A DNA stretch of 64,000 nucleotides from Rickettsiales bacterium UBA6177 (GCA_002422875.1 DITT01000029.1:9641-73640), one strand, 5' to 3'; positions 50,355 through 60,310 are shown, counted from the stretch's first letter. Made by a program: numbers and translations. The notes: generated by a model from the letters alone, not told the origin.

Positions 50355-51131
50355 ATGAAAGTAAAAATACTCGGTTGTGGATCGTCAAATGCTTGTCCTG
50401 TAATAGGTTGTAAGTGTAAAGTTTGTAAGTCATTAGATATAAAAAACCGGAGAACACGATCATCAATTTTTTTTAATTTCAAAGATAGCAATATTATAAT
50501 AGATACAGGACCTGATCTATATAGCCAAAGTATTAATCACAATTTAGAAAAGTTAGATGCGGTTCTATATACTCATGCTCATTACGATCATATTGGGGGT
50601 ATAGATGAATTAAGACAATTTAATTATCTTAATAACAAAGTAATTCCTGCTTTTGGTGATCAAGAAACTATGGATTATTTAGAGCGATCTTATAAGTATA
50701 TATTTGAAGAAAAACTTCCTGGTAGTATCTGGTATAAGCCGCAATTAAAGAAAAACATCATTCCAGTTGATTCTTGTTTCTATTTTAATGATATCAAAAT
50801 AGAAACTATCAAATTACCGCATGGCAATTTAAATGTAGTAGGATATAAAATTGGCAATTTAGCATATATAGTTGATACTACTTTTTTGAGTGATTATGCT
50901 TTTGAAATTTTAAAAAATATAGACTTACTCATTATTGCCTGTCTTGGATATAAAGAATCAGCATCTCATCCTAATTATCATCAAGTAATGGAATGGCTTA
51001 GTAAAATTAATGCTAAAAAAACAGTACTTACACATATGTCGCATGAGATTGATTATCATGAGATTTCTACAAAATTGCCAATAAATATAATTGCAGCTTA
51101 CGATGGTTTGGAGCTTAAAATTAATGGTTAA
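50355..51131 (+). CDS. MBL-fold metallo-hydrolase (PhnP/GPI-like subgroup)
   Basis: YTHAHYDHIGG motif, a later TH/HP His ligand pattern, and 258 aa. Confidence 0.8.
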   Translation: MKVKILGCGSSNACPVIGCKCKVCKSLDIKNRRTRSSIFFNFKDSNIIIDTGPDLYSQSINHNLEKLDAVLYTHAHYDHIGGIDELRQFNYLNNKVIPAFGDQETMDYLERSYKYIFEEKLPGSIWYKPQLKKNIIPVDSCFYFNDIKIETIKLPHGNLNVVGYKIGNLAYIVDTTFLSDYAFEILKNIDLLIIACLGYKESASHPNYHQVMEWLSKINAKKTVLTHMSHEIDYHEISTKLPINIIAAYDGLELKING

Positions 51132-52377
51132 TTTTAAAGATCTAGATGATATCTTACAAAATAATGATGATTTGTCATTTAAACTTTTTATTGAATCTGG
51201 TGCAGCTGCTAAAAGCCAATCACTGCTATCGGGTTATAAAGATATTATAGTTATATGCGATGATAATACTAAGACTATAGCACAACAACTATTTGTAGAT
51301 AAAAAAATTTACTCACTAGGTTCTTGTGTAAAGCCAACATTTAAGAACGTAAATCAGGTAATAGATATTATAAAAAGTGCAAATTTACTAATTGCAGTAG
51401 GTAGTGGTACTATTAATGATATTTGTAAATACGCAGCTTTTATTAATAAAACCGATTATTTTGTTTATGCTACAGCACCATCAATGAATGGCTATTTTTC
51501 GATTACTTCATCGCTAATTTCTGAGGATGATAACATCAAAAAATCATATTTAGCTCGTGTTCCTACTGCAATAATAATGGATCTTGAGATAATTGCCAAT
51601 GCTCCTATGCGTTTAATACAATCAGGACTTGGAGATTTATTATGTAGGTCTACTGTATATGTAGATTGGTTGATAGGTAGTCAATTATTTAAAATGCATA
51701 AATTTAATCAAAAGTTTTGCAATATTTTAATAAAGCACGAAAAAAACCTTTTAGCAAATATTGATCTTATTCTAAAAAGAGATATTACTGCAATGCAAAA
51801 AATGTGTGAAGTCATCATTTTGCAAGGGGCTATGATGTGTGTAGATAATAGCAGTAATCCTGCAAGCCAGAGCGAACATATGGTAGCTCATTTATATAAT
51901 CAGCTATGTAGTTATAATACAAACCATACTCATGGCGAAGAAATAGCTCTTACAACAACTATGATGCTTAGCTTACAAAAACAAATTTTGGCAAGTAGTG
52001 ATCTAATTTTTAATATTGATAATACCAATAATTATAAGGATTTACCTTGTTTTGAAATTAAGCTTGATTGCTACAAGAAATTGATAGCAAATAATATGTT
52101 AAATAATAATAGTTGGTTGCAAATAAAGCCTCATATAGAAGCAATTCATTATAATAGCGGAGAGATCTTAAGCGCTTTTAAAAAGATAGGGCTTCCTATG
52201 ACAATAGATGATCTTAATTGGGATTATCAAAAAGTAAAACAGGCAATAACTGAAGCAGCATTTTATCGCGAGCGTTATACAATTTTAGATATAGCAATAC
52301 TTACATGTAGGTTACAATCTTTCCTTAGAAGTATAGTAAATTCAGTCAGATCTGGTGCCTCGTCAACCGAAGTTTGA
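51124..52377 (+). CDS. Fe-ADH/DHQS-superfamily dehydrogenase, glycerol-1-phosphate dehydrogenase (AraM/EgsA)-like
   Basis: Nucleotide-binding loop AVGSGTINDICKYAAF and metal-ligand-like SEHMVAH...HGEEIAL. The ATG at 51124 gives an 8-bp overlap with the MBL gene and is preferred over the 51091 start. Confidence 0.5.
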   Translation: MVNFKDLDDILQNNDDLSFKLFIESGAAAKSQSLLSGYKDIIVICDDNTKTIAQQLFVDKKIYSLGSCVKPTFKNVNQVIDIIKSANLLIAVGSGTINDICKYAAFINKTDYFVYATAPSMNGYFSITSSLISEDDNIKKSYLARVPTAIIMDLEIIANAPMRLIQSGLGDLLCRSTVYVDWLIGSQLFKMHKFNQKFCNILIKHEKNLLANIDLILKRDITAMQKMCEVIILQGAMMCVDNSSNPASQSEHMVAHLYNQLCSYNTNHTHGEEIALTTTMMLSLQKQILASSDLIFNIDNTNNYKDLPCFEIKLDCYKKLIANNMLNNNSWLQIKPHIEAIHYNSGEILSAFKKIGLPMTIDDLNWDYQKVKQAITEAAFYRERYTILDIAILTCRLQSFLRSIVNSVRSGASSTEV

Positions 52378-52407
52378 GCTACGGTTTTTGCTTAAGCTAG
52401 GGCTTTG

Positions 52408-52421
52408 TGTGCTTAAGCACA
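52408..52421 (+). terminator. Short hairpin followed by a T-run
   Basis: TGTGC-TTAA-GCACA followed by ATTTTTAAT, in the convergent spacer before carD. Confidence 0.3.
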
Positions 52422-52445
52422 ATTTTTAATTTAATCTACAAAACC

Positions 52446-52964
52446 TTAAGCTGCTTCAAGAGTATCTATTAAAAGTTCAAGAATTTTAGTTGTAGCTACC
52501 CCAATTTCAACCTTTTCAATAGCTGCATATTCACCAGATAGTCTTTGAAGAGCTGATTCATAAATAATTCTTTCGCTATAAGATCTATCAGGATCAGTAG
52601 CATTACGGTATAAATCTCTTACAACTTCAGCAATTGCAATAATATCACCAGAGTTTATTTTACTTTCGTATTCTTGAGCTCGTTTGCTCCACATGCCTTT
52701 GCCCGTCTTAGGCTTGCCTTGAAGAGTATCGATAACTTTATTGATTGAATCCTTGTTGCTAATTGCTCTTAAGCCAATAGATAAAGCTTTTTTAACTGGT
52801 ACGCGTAATGTAACATTTTCTCTTTCAAGCGTAATTACATAAACTTGTAATTCATAGCCACCAATTATTTGCGTTTCAATTGCTTGGATTGTACCAATTC
52901 CATGTGAAGGGTAAATTACTCTTTCACCCACATTAAATTTGTCAGATAAATTACTATTTTGCAT
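52446..52964 (-). CDS. carD: CarD/CdnL-family RNA polymerase-binding regulator
   Basis: FNVGERVIYPSHGIGTIQAIE...; 172 aa. Confidence 0.9.
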   Translation of the reverse strand: MQNSNLSDKFNVGERVIYPSHGIGTIQAIETQIIGGYELQVYVITLERENVTLRVPVKKALSIGLRAISNKDSINKVIDTLQGKPKTGKGMWSKRAQEYESKINSGDIIAIAEVVRDLYRNATDPDRSYSERIIYESALQRLSGEYAAIEKVEIGVATTKILELLIDTLEAA

Positions 52965-53079
52965 ACTTGTTGCCCAGTAGAAGTTTGGTTAGGATCACAT
53001 TAACATATTTTCCTATAAAGATAAAGTAAGAAATTAATAAAGAATTAATCTCTCGTAGTTAATTGTATTTATTCACTAT

Positions 53080-53652
53080 TTATAAAACTAACTTTAGAAA
53101 ATTTGTAAGAAGTAATAAACCATATTCACTGGCGATACTTTCAGGATGAAACTGCACGCCGTAAACAGGATATAGTTTATGTTTTACAGCCATAATTAAA
53201 TTACTATCTTCGCATATAGCTAAAATTTCAAGGTTATTACCCAAAGTTCTCCGATCAATAATTAATGAGTGGTACCGTGCAACAGTAAAATTTGTAGGGA
53301 TATTACTAAAAAAAATATCTCCATTATGCTTGATAATTGAAGTTTTCCCGTGCATGGGTATGGGTGCTCTGATTATTTGGCTGCCAAATACATGTCCTAT
53401 TACTTGATGGCCAAGGCATACTCCTAAGATGGGAATTAAACCTTTAAAATAATTTACAACCTCGCAACTAATTCCGGCCTCAAGAGGCGAACAAGGGCCA
53501 GGTGATATTACGATCACATTTGGGTTTAAGCTTTTGATTTCATTCAAGCTAATTGAGTCATTGCGGAATATTAAAACTTCTTGTTTTAGTATTTTGAAAT
53601 AACTAACAAGATTATACGTAAAGCTATCATAATTATCTATTATTAAGATCAT
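53080..53652 (-). CDS. pabA: Class I glutamine amidotransferase, PabA/TrpG type
   Basis: MILIIDNYDSFTYNLV, a catalytic GVCLGHQ, and VQFHPESI. Confidence 0.85.
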   Translation of the reverse strand: MILIIDNYDSFTYNLVSYFKILKQEVLIFRNDSISLNEIKSLNPNVIVISPGPCSPLEAGISCEVVNYFKGLIPILGVCLGHQVIGHVFGSQIIRAPIPMHGKTSIIKHNGDIFFSNIPTNFTVARYHSLIIDRRTLGNNLEILAICEDSNLIMAVKHKLYPVYGVQFHPESIASEYGLLLLTNFLKLVL

Positions 53653-53755
53653 TGGTTCAAAATTGGTTTATAAACCTTTTAAGTTTAGGTTTTTTGTTAT
53701 ATATAATTTCTACTATATTATTATAAACTTACAAAAAAATCATTAGTTGATATTT

Positions 53756-54454
53756 ATGAACTTTACTGAATTTGAAAATAAATTAGGCTATCACTTTAAA
53801 AATCGTGATCTTTTAATTCAAGCTTTAACTCATCCAAGTAACCATGTTTGCAATAAAAAAGATTTACCAGATTATGAAAGACTTGAATTTTTAGGAGATG
53901 CAGTACTTTGCCTAATAGTAACTATCTTCTTAATAGATACTTATCCAAGCGAACAAGAAGGAGATCTCGCCAAGCGTAGATCAGCTTTAGTATGCGGTAG
54001 AACACTCGCAGAAATTGCTAGGACTATTGATCTAGGTGAACAAATTATGATGTCTTATGGTGAAGAGCATGTAGGTGGTAGGCAGAATGATCATAATCTA
54101 GAAGATGCTATGGAAGCCTTACTTGGTGCCATTTTTGTTGATGGTGGGCTGGAGCAAGCTAAAAAGATAATAGCTTCTTTTTGGCTACCAAAAATAAAAG
54201 AAATGAAGATTATTCCATATAATCCCAAAACAAAATTACAAGAAATTAGCCAGGCAAAAAAACATGGTATACCCGTATATGAATTAATGTCTGTTGAAGG
54301 TGAAGCTCATAATCCACTATTTGAAATTCAAGTATCAATACATCAAGATTTAAGAGCTAGTGGTAAAGGATCGTCAAAGAAAATTGCTGAAAATATAGCA
54401 GCTGAAGAATTACTTAAAATTATAGAAAGAGAAAATAATGAATCAAGATCGTAG
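53756..54454 (+). CDS. rnc: Ribonuclease III
   Basis: Signature ERLEFLGDAVL and a C-terminal dsRBD (GKGSSKKIAENIAAEELL). A TTG at 53747 is the alternative start. Confidence 0.93.
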   Translation: MNFTEFENKLGYHFKNRDLLIQALTHPSNHVCNKKDLPDYERLEFLGDAVLCLIVTIFLIDTYPSEQEGDLAKRRSALVCGRTLAEIARTIDLGEQIMMSYGEEHVGGRQNDHNLEDAMEALLGAIFVDGGLEQAKKIIASFWLPKIKEMKIIPYNPKTKLQEISQAKKHGIPVYELMSVEGEAHNPLFEIQVSIHQDLRASGKGSSKKIAENIAAEELLKIIERENNESRS

Positions 54455-55334
54455 GTTTTGTATTTGTTCAATCGTTGGCAAAACAAATGTAGGTAAATCA
54501 ACTTTATTAAATAAGTTATTAGGTGAAAAAATTTCGATTGTTACACCCAAAGTTCAAACTACTAGAACTTTAATTAGAGGAATCTTAACCAAAGATCACT
54601 TGCAGGCTGTGTTTATTGATACTCCTGGTATCTTTACGCCAAATAAACAACTTGAAAGATCGATGGTAAGAGCTGCGTGGGCTGGACTTGAAGAGGGGAT
54701 GGATTACTGTTTTCATATTTTTGATGCAACTAGAGGTATTACTAAATATGATCAGAATATTATGGAAGTAATTAAAAGTCGTTCTGCTATAAATCTAGCA
54801 GTCATTAATAAAATTGACAGAGTATCTAAAGAAAAACTAATTACTTTAGCAGCTGAAATATTTAATAGCGGTATGTACCAGGAAGTATTTATGACTTGTT
54901 CTGTTAAAGGAGATGGTATTGAAGATATTATTACTTACTTAAATAAAAATGCACCTTTATCTGTATGGATGTATGGTGAAGATGAGGTAACGACGGTACC
55001 TGCAAAATTTTTAGCTTCAGAAATTACTCGTGAAAAATTATTTATGGAGCTTGGTGAAGAGCTGCCATATAATTTAACTGTTGAAACTGAGAATTGGGAA
55101 GAAACTGATACTGCTATCAAAATTAATCAGCTAATTTATGTAACAAAGGCAAATCATAAAAAGATCATTATTGGTAAGCAAGGGCAGATGTTAAAATTAA
55201 TAGGTAGTAAATCTAGGCATGAGCTGATGGATATTTTTGCTAAAAAAGTTCATTTATTCTTATTTGTTAAAGTGCGTGAAAATTGGATGGATGATCCGCA
55301 TATATATAATTATATGGGGATTGATAAAGCATAA
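54438..55334 (+). CDS. era: GTPase Era
   Basis: G1 GKTNVGKST, G3 DTPG, G4 NKID, and a KH domain at the C-terminus. Conserved rnc-era pair. Confidence 0.95.
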   Translation: MNQDRRFCICSIVGKTNVGKSTLLNKLLGEKISIVTPKVQTTRTLIRGILTKDHLQAVFIDTPGIFTPNKQLERSMVRAAWAGLEEGMDYCFHIFDATRGITKYDQNIMEVIKSRSAINLAVINKIDRVSKEKLITLAAEIFNSGMYQEVFMTCSVKGDGIEDIITYLNKNAPLSVWMYGEDEVTTVPAKFLASEITREKLFMELGEELPYNLTVETENWEETDTAIKINQLIYVTKANHKKIIIGKQGQMLKLIGSKSRHELMDIFAKKVHLFLFVKVRENWMDDPHIYNYMGIDKA

Positions 55335-55380
55335 GAATATTTGGCCTGTAATGTTCGTGCCTGGTGCAAACTTTATATAT

Positions 55381-55405
55381 AGGTCTAAAATAAAATTTTA
55401 GACCT
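55381..55405. terminator. Bidirectional hairpin between convergent era and xseB
   Basis: Perfect 11-bp stem: AGGTCTAAAAT-AAA-ATTTTAGACCT. Confidence 0.5.
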
Positions 55406-55422
55406 TAATCTTTCTTAAATAG

Positions 55423-55671
55423 CTAACTTAATTCAATTTGCTCTGTTATAATAGCACCAGAGCTATCTTTAGTAATTTTTTCTACCTTAAGTTTAGCTTC
55501 TTGTAATTTTTTTTCGCAGAATTTTTGTAGTTCACTACCATACTCATATTCCATAATTGCTTCTTCAAGAGCACCATTACCACCTTCAAGCTTATTTACT
55601 ACTTTTTCAAGTTCTTGCATGGCTTGTTCGAAAGTCATTTGACTAATTTTTTCGTAGTATTTATTTGACAT
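55423..55671 (-). CDS. xseB: Exodeoxyribonuclease VII small subunit
   Basis: 82 aa, with FEQAMQELEKVVNKLEGG...LEEAI..YE.G..L. Confidence 0.9.
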   Translation of the reverse strand: MSNKYYEKISQMTFEQAMQELEKVVNKLEGGNGALEEAIMEYEYGSELQKFCEKKLQEAKLKVEKITKDSSGAIITEQIELS

Positions 55672-55734
55672 ATTAACCTCTCATCAAATAAAATTATACT
55701 AACTGTTTATAAGCTAAAATCAAGGATAACTATC

Positions 55735-56010
55735 GTGCATGTAAATATCTATCAGCCTACGAAGAGTGTTACTCAATCTGGTAAAGGTAATAATAAATGG
55801 GTTATAGAGTTTGTAAGTAAATCTCCTAAAACTATAGATCCATTAATGGGATGGAAAGGATCAAGTGATATGAATGAAGAGGTTAAAATGACTTTTTCTT
55901 CAAAGGAGAATGCTATTAAATTTGCAGAAAAAAATAATTTAGATTATAAAGTATATGAACCACAAGCAAGGAAGCTTATAATTCGGTCTTATTCTGATAA
56001 TTTTAAATAA
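55735..56010 (+). CDS. ETC complex I NDUFS4-like small protein
   Basis: IYQPTKSVTQSGKGNNKW...DPLMGWKGSSD...FSSKENAIKFAEKNNLDYKV. GTG start. Confidence 0.8.
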   Translation: MHVNIYQPTKSVTQSGKGNNKWVIEFVSKSPKTIDPLMGWKGSSDMNEEVKMTFSSKENAIKFAEKNNLDYKVYEPQARKLIIRSYSDNFK

Positions 56011-56019
56011 GGTTTACTT

Positions 56020-58146
56020 TTGGAAGAGCAACAAAATCATCTACAAAATTTAAATGACAAACAGCTAGAAGCAGTTTTGCATACTGATGGTCCAATCTTA
56101 ATTTTGGCAGGTGCAGGTACTGGTAAAACTAGAGTGCTAACTAGTAGAATTATTCAATTAGTTGCATCTCGTAAAGCGTATCCTAGTCAAATTTTGGGTG
56201 TTACTTTTACCAATAAGGCAGCACGCGAAATGGTAGTGCGAATTTCAGGACATATTGAAAATGAATTGCACTGGCTTGGCACATTTCACTCAATATCAGT
56301 TAAAATCTTAAGGCAGCATGCTGATAAATTTGAACTGAGTCCTAATTTTAGCATAATTAATGCTGATGATCAGCTGCGAGTAATAAAGAACCTACTGCAA
56401 GAAAATAATATTGATGACAAAGATTTCCCTCCTAAGTTAGTTTTAGGAATCATTCAGCGCTGGAAGGACTTGGGTCTTAAGCCAAAAAATTTATCGATAA
56501 ATGATCTTAAAAAGCCTGCACATCATAAGGCTAAATTTATTTACCAGCTATATCAAGATAGGCTTAAAATGCTTGATGCAGTAGATTTTGGGGATCTTTT
56601 GTTGCTTGTTATAGATTTGCTTAGTAATTTTGTAGAAGTTCAAGAATATTATCATCAAAAATTTAAATATATTTTGGTTGATGAGTATCAAGATACTAAC
56701 GTAGCGCAGTATATGTGGCTGCGTCTTATTACTAATAGCGATAAAAATATATGTTGTGTTGGCGATGAGGACCAATCAATTTATGGTTGGCGTGGTGCAG
56801 AAATTGGTAATATTTTGCGCTTTGAAAAGGAATTTAATAATACTAAAGTTGTAAGACTTGAACAAAACTATCGCTCTACTAACAATATTTTAAATAGTGC
56901 ATCAACCCTAATTGCTTATAACCGTGAGCGTTTAGGAAAAAATTTATGGTCAGCATCAGATGATGGTGAACTAATAAAGCTTGTAACTCTATGGGATGAA
57001 AACGCTGAAGCAAAATATATAGCCAAAGCTATTAGTGATGAAGTAAGGCTTGGTAGGTCGTATAATGATATTGCAGTGCTTGTACGTGCTACTTTCCAAA
57101 CACGAAATATCGAGGAATCTCTGCTAAATTATACAATCCCTTATAAGATTATAGGTGGGCTTAAATTTTATGATAGGCAAGAGATAAGAGATGTTACAGC
57201 CTATATCAGAGCAAGTATTAATCCAAATGATAGTATCGCTACAGAGCGCATAATTAATGTACCAAAAAGAGGTGTAGGTCCTACTACTGTGCGTGAGATT
57301 GCTTATTATGCTCAAAGTCATAATATTTCGATGCAATATGCTATTAAAGAAATGCTTGTAAATAAGCAGCTAAAGGGTAAAACAGCAGAGACGCTCAATG
57401 AACTACTTAATAAGTTCGAGCAGTGGCGTGGTTTTTTAATGCATAATCCAATTGAGCAAGCGATAGAACGTATTATTTTGGAATCTAGTTATTTGCAAAT
57501 GTGGAAAACTCTTAATTCACCTGAAGCACAAGGAAAAATTGAAAATATAAAAGAGCTACTCAATGCTGTGCGCGATTTCCATACTGTACATGAATTTATT
57601 GAGCATGTAAGTCTAGTTACTGATAATGAAAATTCAACTAATGAAAACACAGTCAGTGTAATGACAATTCATGCTGCAAAAGGGTTGGAGTTTGAAACAG
57701 TGATTTTACCAGGTCTTGAAGAAAGTATATTCCCTCATCAACGTTCACTCGAAGATGGTTCGATCGAAGAAGAGAGGCGGCTTGCTTATGTTGCAATTAC
57801 TCGTGCTAAAAGAAATTTATATATAACAAAAACTTTAAGCCGTAAAATATTTGGCAAGTGGCAAACAACAATCCCTTCACGTTTTGTTAATGAGCTACCG
57901 GACACTGCTGTGCAAAAGATTGAAGTTGCTTATAATAATTATAATGGAAATTCTTCTTATCAGAGTTATACGCCTAAAACTACATATAATTTTGCAAGCC
58001 ACAGAAGCTTCAAGATAGGCGATAGGGTGATCCATAGTAAATTTGGTGAAGGATATGTACTTTCAATGTCTGATGATCAGGTAGAAGTTTCATTTGATAA
58101 TGTTGGGGTTAAGCGTCTGCTTGAGAACTTTATCCGTAAGAAATAG
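56020..58146 (+). CDS. uvrD: UvrD/PcrA-type ATP-dependent DNA helicase
   Basis: Motif I AGAGTGKT, motif II VDEYQDTN, LEQNYRST, and TIHAAKGLEF. TTG start. Confidence 0.93.
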   Translation: MEEQQNHLQNLNDKQLEAVLHTDGPILILAGAGTGKTRVLTSRIIQLVASRKAYPSQILGVTFTNKAAREMVVRISGHIENELHWLGTFHSISVKILRQHADKFELSPNFSIINADDQLRVIKNLLQENNIDDKDFPPKLVLGIIQRWKDLGLKPKNLSINDLKKPAHHKAKFIYQLYQDRLKMLDAVDFGDLLLLVIDLLSNFVEVQEYYHQKFKYILVDEYQDTNVAQYMWLRLITNSDKNICCVGDEDQSIYGWRGAEIGNILRFEKEFNNTKVVRLEQNYRSTNNILNSASTLIAYNRERLGKNLWSASDDGELIKLVTLWDENAEAKYIAKAISDEVRLGRSYNDIAVLVRATFQTRNIEESLLNYTIPYKIIGGLKFYDRQEIRDVTAYIRASINPNDSIATERIINVPKRGVGPTTVREIAYYAQSHNISMQYAIKEMLVNKQLKGKTAETLNELLNKFEQWRGFLMHNPIEQAIERIILESSYLQMWKTLNSPEAQGKIENIKELLNAVRDFHTVHEFIEHVSLVTDNENSTNENTVSVMTIHAAKGLEFETVILPGLEESIFPHQRSLEDGSIEEERRLAYVAITRAKRNLYITKTLSRKIFGKWQTTIPSRFVNELPDTAVQKIEVAYNNYNGNSSYQSYTPKTTYNFASHRSFKIGDRVIHSKFGEGYVLSMSDDQVEVSFDNVGVKRLLENFIRKK

Positions 58147-58279
58147 CTTTTATACTTTTAATGTATGGTGATTTTAATAGTTTGTTACTATTATTTTAGT
58201 CAGGCTTTTCTAGCCTGTGCTCACAGTGATTGAAATAATTTAAAATTATTAGCTAGATGGCTTAAGAGGAACATTCGAA

Positions 58280-58365
58280 TGGTACCCGCGGCCGGACTTG
58301 AACCGGCAAGAGCTAACGCTCCACGGATTTTAAGTCCGTTATGTCTACCATTCCATCACGCGGGC
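58280..58365 (-). tRNA. tRNA-Leu (TAA)
   Basis: The reverse complement GCCCGCGTGATGGAATGGTAGACATAACGGACTTAAAATCCGTGGAGCGTTAGCTCTTGCCGGTTCAAGTCCGGCCGCGGGTACCA has anticodon loop CT-TAA-AA, a long variable arm and an encoded CCA. Confidence 0.9.
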
Positions 58366-58591
58366 AAAACATATTAATTATTTTTATAGTGTAATGTAAT
58401 TTAAATCAAGTGCTATTTAGGATAATTTAAATTTTTATTTTGTATATATAGCATATTTATTTCTACAACTAAAAGATCTGCCCCTAGAAGTATCAATAAT
58501 AGTAATATTATTAACTACTTTTTAATAATATAATTGTAAAAACAATAAGTAATGTAAAAAAAGTAATTTAAAAATAGAAAAGGAAGTTTTT

Positions 58592-59278
58592 ATGACTAGT
58601 AAATTTTGTTTAAATGTTGCGTTGCGTGACGCAATAATAGTTACCGTAGCACTAGTATCTATATCTAGTATAAGTGGTTATGCTATTTATTTAAAGGCTG
58701 CTTCGGCTTTTAAAGAAGAGGTGAAAAGCAATTTATCATTTTTTGTTAAAGGCACTTCAGGGTTGGTAGATGGAGATCTCCATGAAAAGCTTTTAGTTTC
58801 TGATGATATGTCATCTGAAAACTATAACAAAGTTAAAGCTCCATTAAATCGTATCCTAGAAGGATTTGAAAATATTGATTCAATTTATACTCTTGTTAAA
58901 AAAGATAACAAATTTTATTTTATTATGAATATTCCAGGATTAGGACAAGCTAATAATACGATTCCTGTAATGACAGAATATAAAGGCCCAACTCCGATAT
59001 TAGATTCAACTTTTGCTACCCAAGATGTAATGGTAGAAAATGAGCTTTATAGTGATGAATTGGGAACATTCCTGAGTGCTTATGCGCCTATTTATAACAG
59101 TAAAAAAGAGTTTATAGGAGTTATTGGTGCTGATCTTAAGGATAATAAATATTATGAAGGCATAGACAAAGTTAAAGAGTCATTATTTTCTGGTACTCTA
59201 GTTGCAATGTTTGTATCTATCTTAAGTGGTGTTGGAGTTTGGTTTGTTAGGAACTCTGCAATTAAGGCAGTTAATTAA
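58592..59278 (+). CDS. Stand-alone Cache/PDC-type extracytoplasmic sensor flanked by two TM helices, with no output domain
   Basis: TM1 (IIVTVALVSISSISGYAIY), a PDC-like core (IDSIYTLVKKDNKFYFIMN...DELGTFLSAYAPIYNSKKEFIGVIGADL), TM2 (LVAMFVSILSGVGVWFV), then the stop. Confidence 0.55.
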   Translation: MTSKFCLNVALRDAIIVTVALVSISSISGYAIYLKAASAFKEEVKSNLSFFVKGTSGLVDGDLHEKLLVSDDMSSENYNKVKAPLNRILEGFENIDSIYTLVKKDNKFYFIMNIPGLGQANNTIPVMTEYKGPTPILDSTFATQDVMVENELYSDELGTFLSAYAPIYNSKKEFIGVIGADLKDNKYYEGIDKVKESLFSGTLVAMFVSILSGVGVWFVRNSAIKAVN

Positions 59279-59299
59279 GTAACAAAGTGATAATTTAAT

Positions 59300-59330
59300 A
59301 ATGAAGTGTATGAAATTCATACACTTCATT
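59300..59330 (+). terminator. Intrinsic terminator after the Cache-sensor gene
   Basis: Perfect 13-bp stem AATGAAGTGTATG-AAATT-CATACACTTCATT, followed by TATT. Confidence 0.55.
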
Positions 59331-59360
59331 TATTATAACTCTACAGGATAATAGATCTTT

Positions 59361-59490
59361 TTAAGTTAAGAGTAAGTATAGGAATTATAGTTGAGGTTTG
59401 TAGGAATGCAGGCCACAAAAATCTAGCTAAATAACGGTTAACAAACAAATCCAAATGAATCTACTATAACTCTAGAGCAGCTAAAATATT
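59361..59490. repeat. Dispersed intergenic repeat, copy B
   Basis: See copies A (4202-4330) and C (41395-41522). Shared ordered blocks are TTAAGTTAAGAG, AAGTATAGG, AATTATAGTTGAG, AAATCTAGCTAAATAACGGTTAAC, GAATCTACTATA and CAGCTAAAAT. Confidence 0.5.
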
Positions 59491-59597
59491 GACAAAGGCA
59501 TAGATATAAGTCTATGCCCTTTATGCTTATATCTAGCATGTTTTTTAAAGAGCAAAAAATTGTTTCAATTAATAGGTGTGGTTTAAAGTTAACTATT

Positions 59598-60002
59598 TTA
59601 TAATAATTTACTTAATGTTTGCTTACAGAATTTAAGTAGATTCAAAATCTCTTTAAGTTCGTTAGTATTTGAAAAAGTTTCGCTAGTTTTAATTACAGGC
59701 ATTTGCTCATTTTTAATAGACTTAGAGATAGTATTATTATTTTTAAGAGTTAGTGCTACTCCTTTAAGAGTAAGGCCATTGTTGTATAATAAATGTTTAA
59801 TAGTCGTTATCTGTTCAATATCAGTGGGCCGATAATATCTGCGGCCATTTATTTTTTGAGGAGCAATAGTTGGAAATTTACTTTCCCAGAATCTCAGAAC
59901 ATGTTGAGGTATATTGGTTATTTTAGCTACTTCACCAATAGTACGATAGGCAGAGCTAGATTTTGTTTTAGAAAGTGGTAAGAGTTGATTATCTTCAAGC
60001 AT
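59598..60002 (-). CDS. MerR-family transcriptional regulator (the type conserved next to ihfA in alphaproteobacteria)
   Basis: [45 protein letters not shown]. Confidence 0.8.
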   Translation of the reverse strand: MLEDNQLLPLSKTKSSSAYRTIGEVAKITNIPQHVLRFWESKFPTIAPQKINGRRYYRPTDIEQITTIKHLLYNNGLTLKGVALTLKNNNTISKSIKNEQMPVIKTSETFSNTNELKEILNLLKFCKQTLSKLL

Positions 60003-60019
60003 ATTTCATAAATAATTTT

Positions 60020-60310
60020 TTAAGAATTAAGTTGCTGTTTTAATTTGTTAGAGGCATAAAATTTCACTACCTTACGGTTAGAAATCATTACTTCCTCTTT
60101 TGTCTTTGGATTGCGACCAATACGAGCACTTTTGTTTTTTAGTTCAAAGCTGCCGAAAGATGGTAATTTAACAGCGCCTTCATTATTAATGCCAAGAGCA
60201 ATTTCACTAAAAAAAAGATCAACAATAACACTACATTCAGCTAGTGAAATTCCTACCTCATGATAAACAGCTTCTGATAAATCTTGTCTGGTAATTGTAG
60301 TTTTTTTCAT
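60020..60310 (-). CDS. ihfA: Integration host factor alpha subunit; start taken at the internal MKKTTITRQDL
   Basis: HU/IHF fold: LSEAV...KLPSFGSFELKNKSARIGRNPKTKEEVMISNRKVVKF. The 60370 start would overlap comEC and add an atypical leader. Confidence 0.85.
   Translation of the reverse strand: MKKTTITRQDLSEAVYHEVGISLAECSVIVDLFFSEIALGINNEGAVKLPSFGSFELKNKSARIGRNPKTKEEVMISNRKVVKFYASNKLKQQLNS

Noticed and set aside
51091-51123. Upstream ATG start (51091) for the dehydrogenase-like gene
   Set aside because: It would overlap the MBL gene by 41 bp and add a non-conserved leader. The ATG at 51124 gives the common ATGGTTAA-type coupling overlap.
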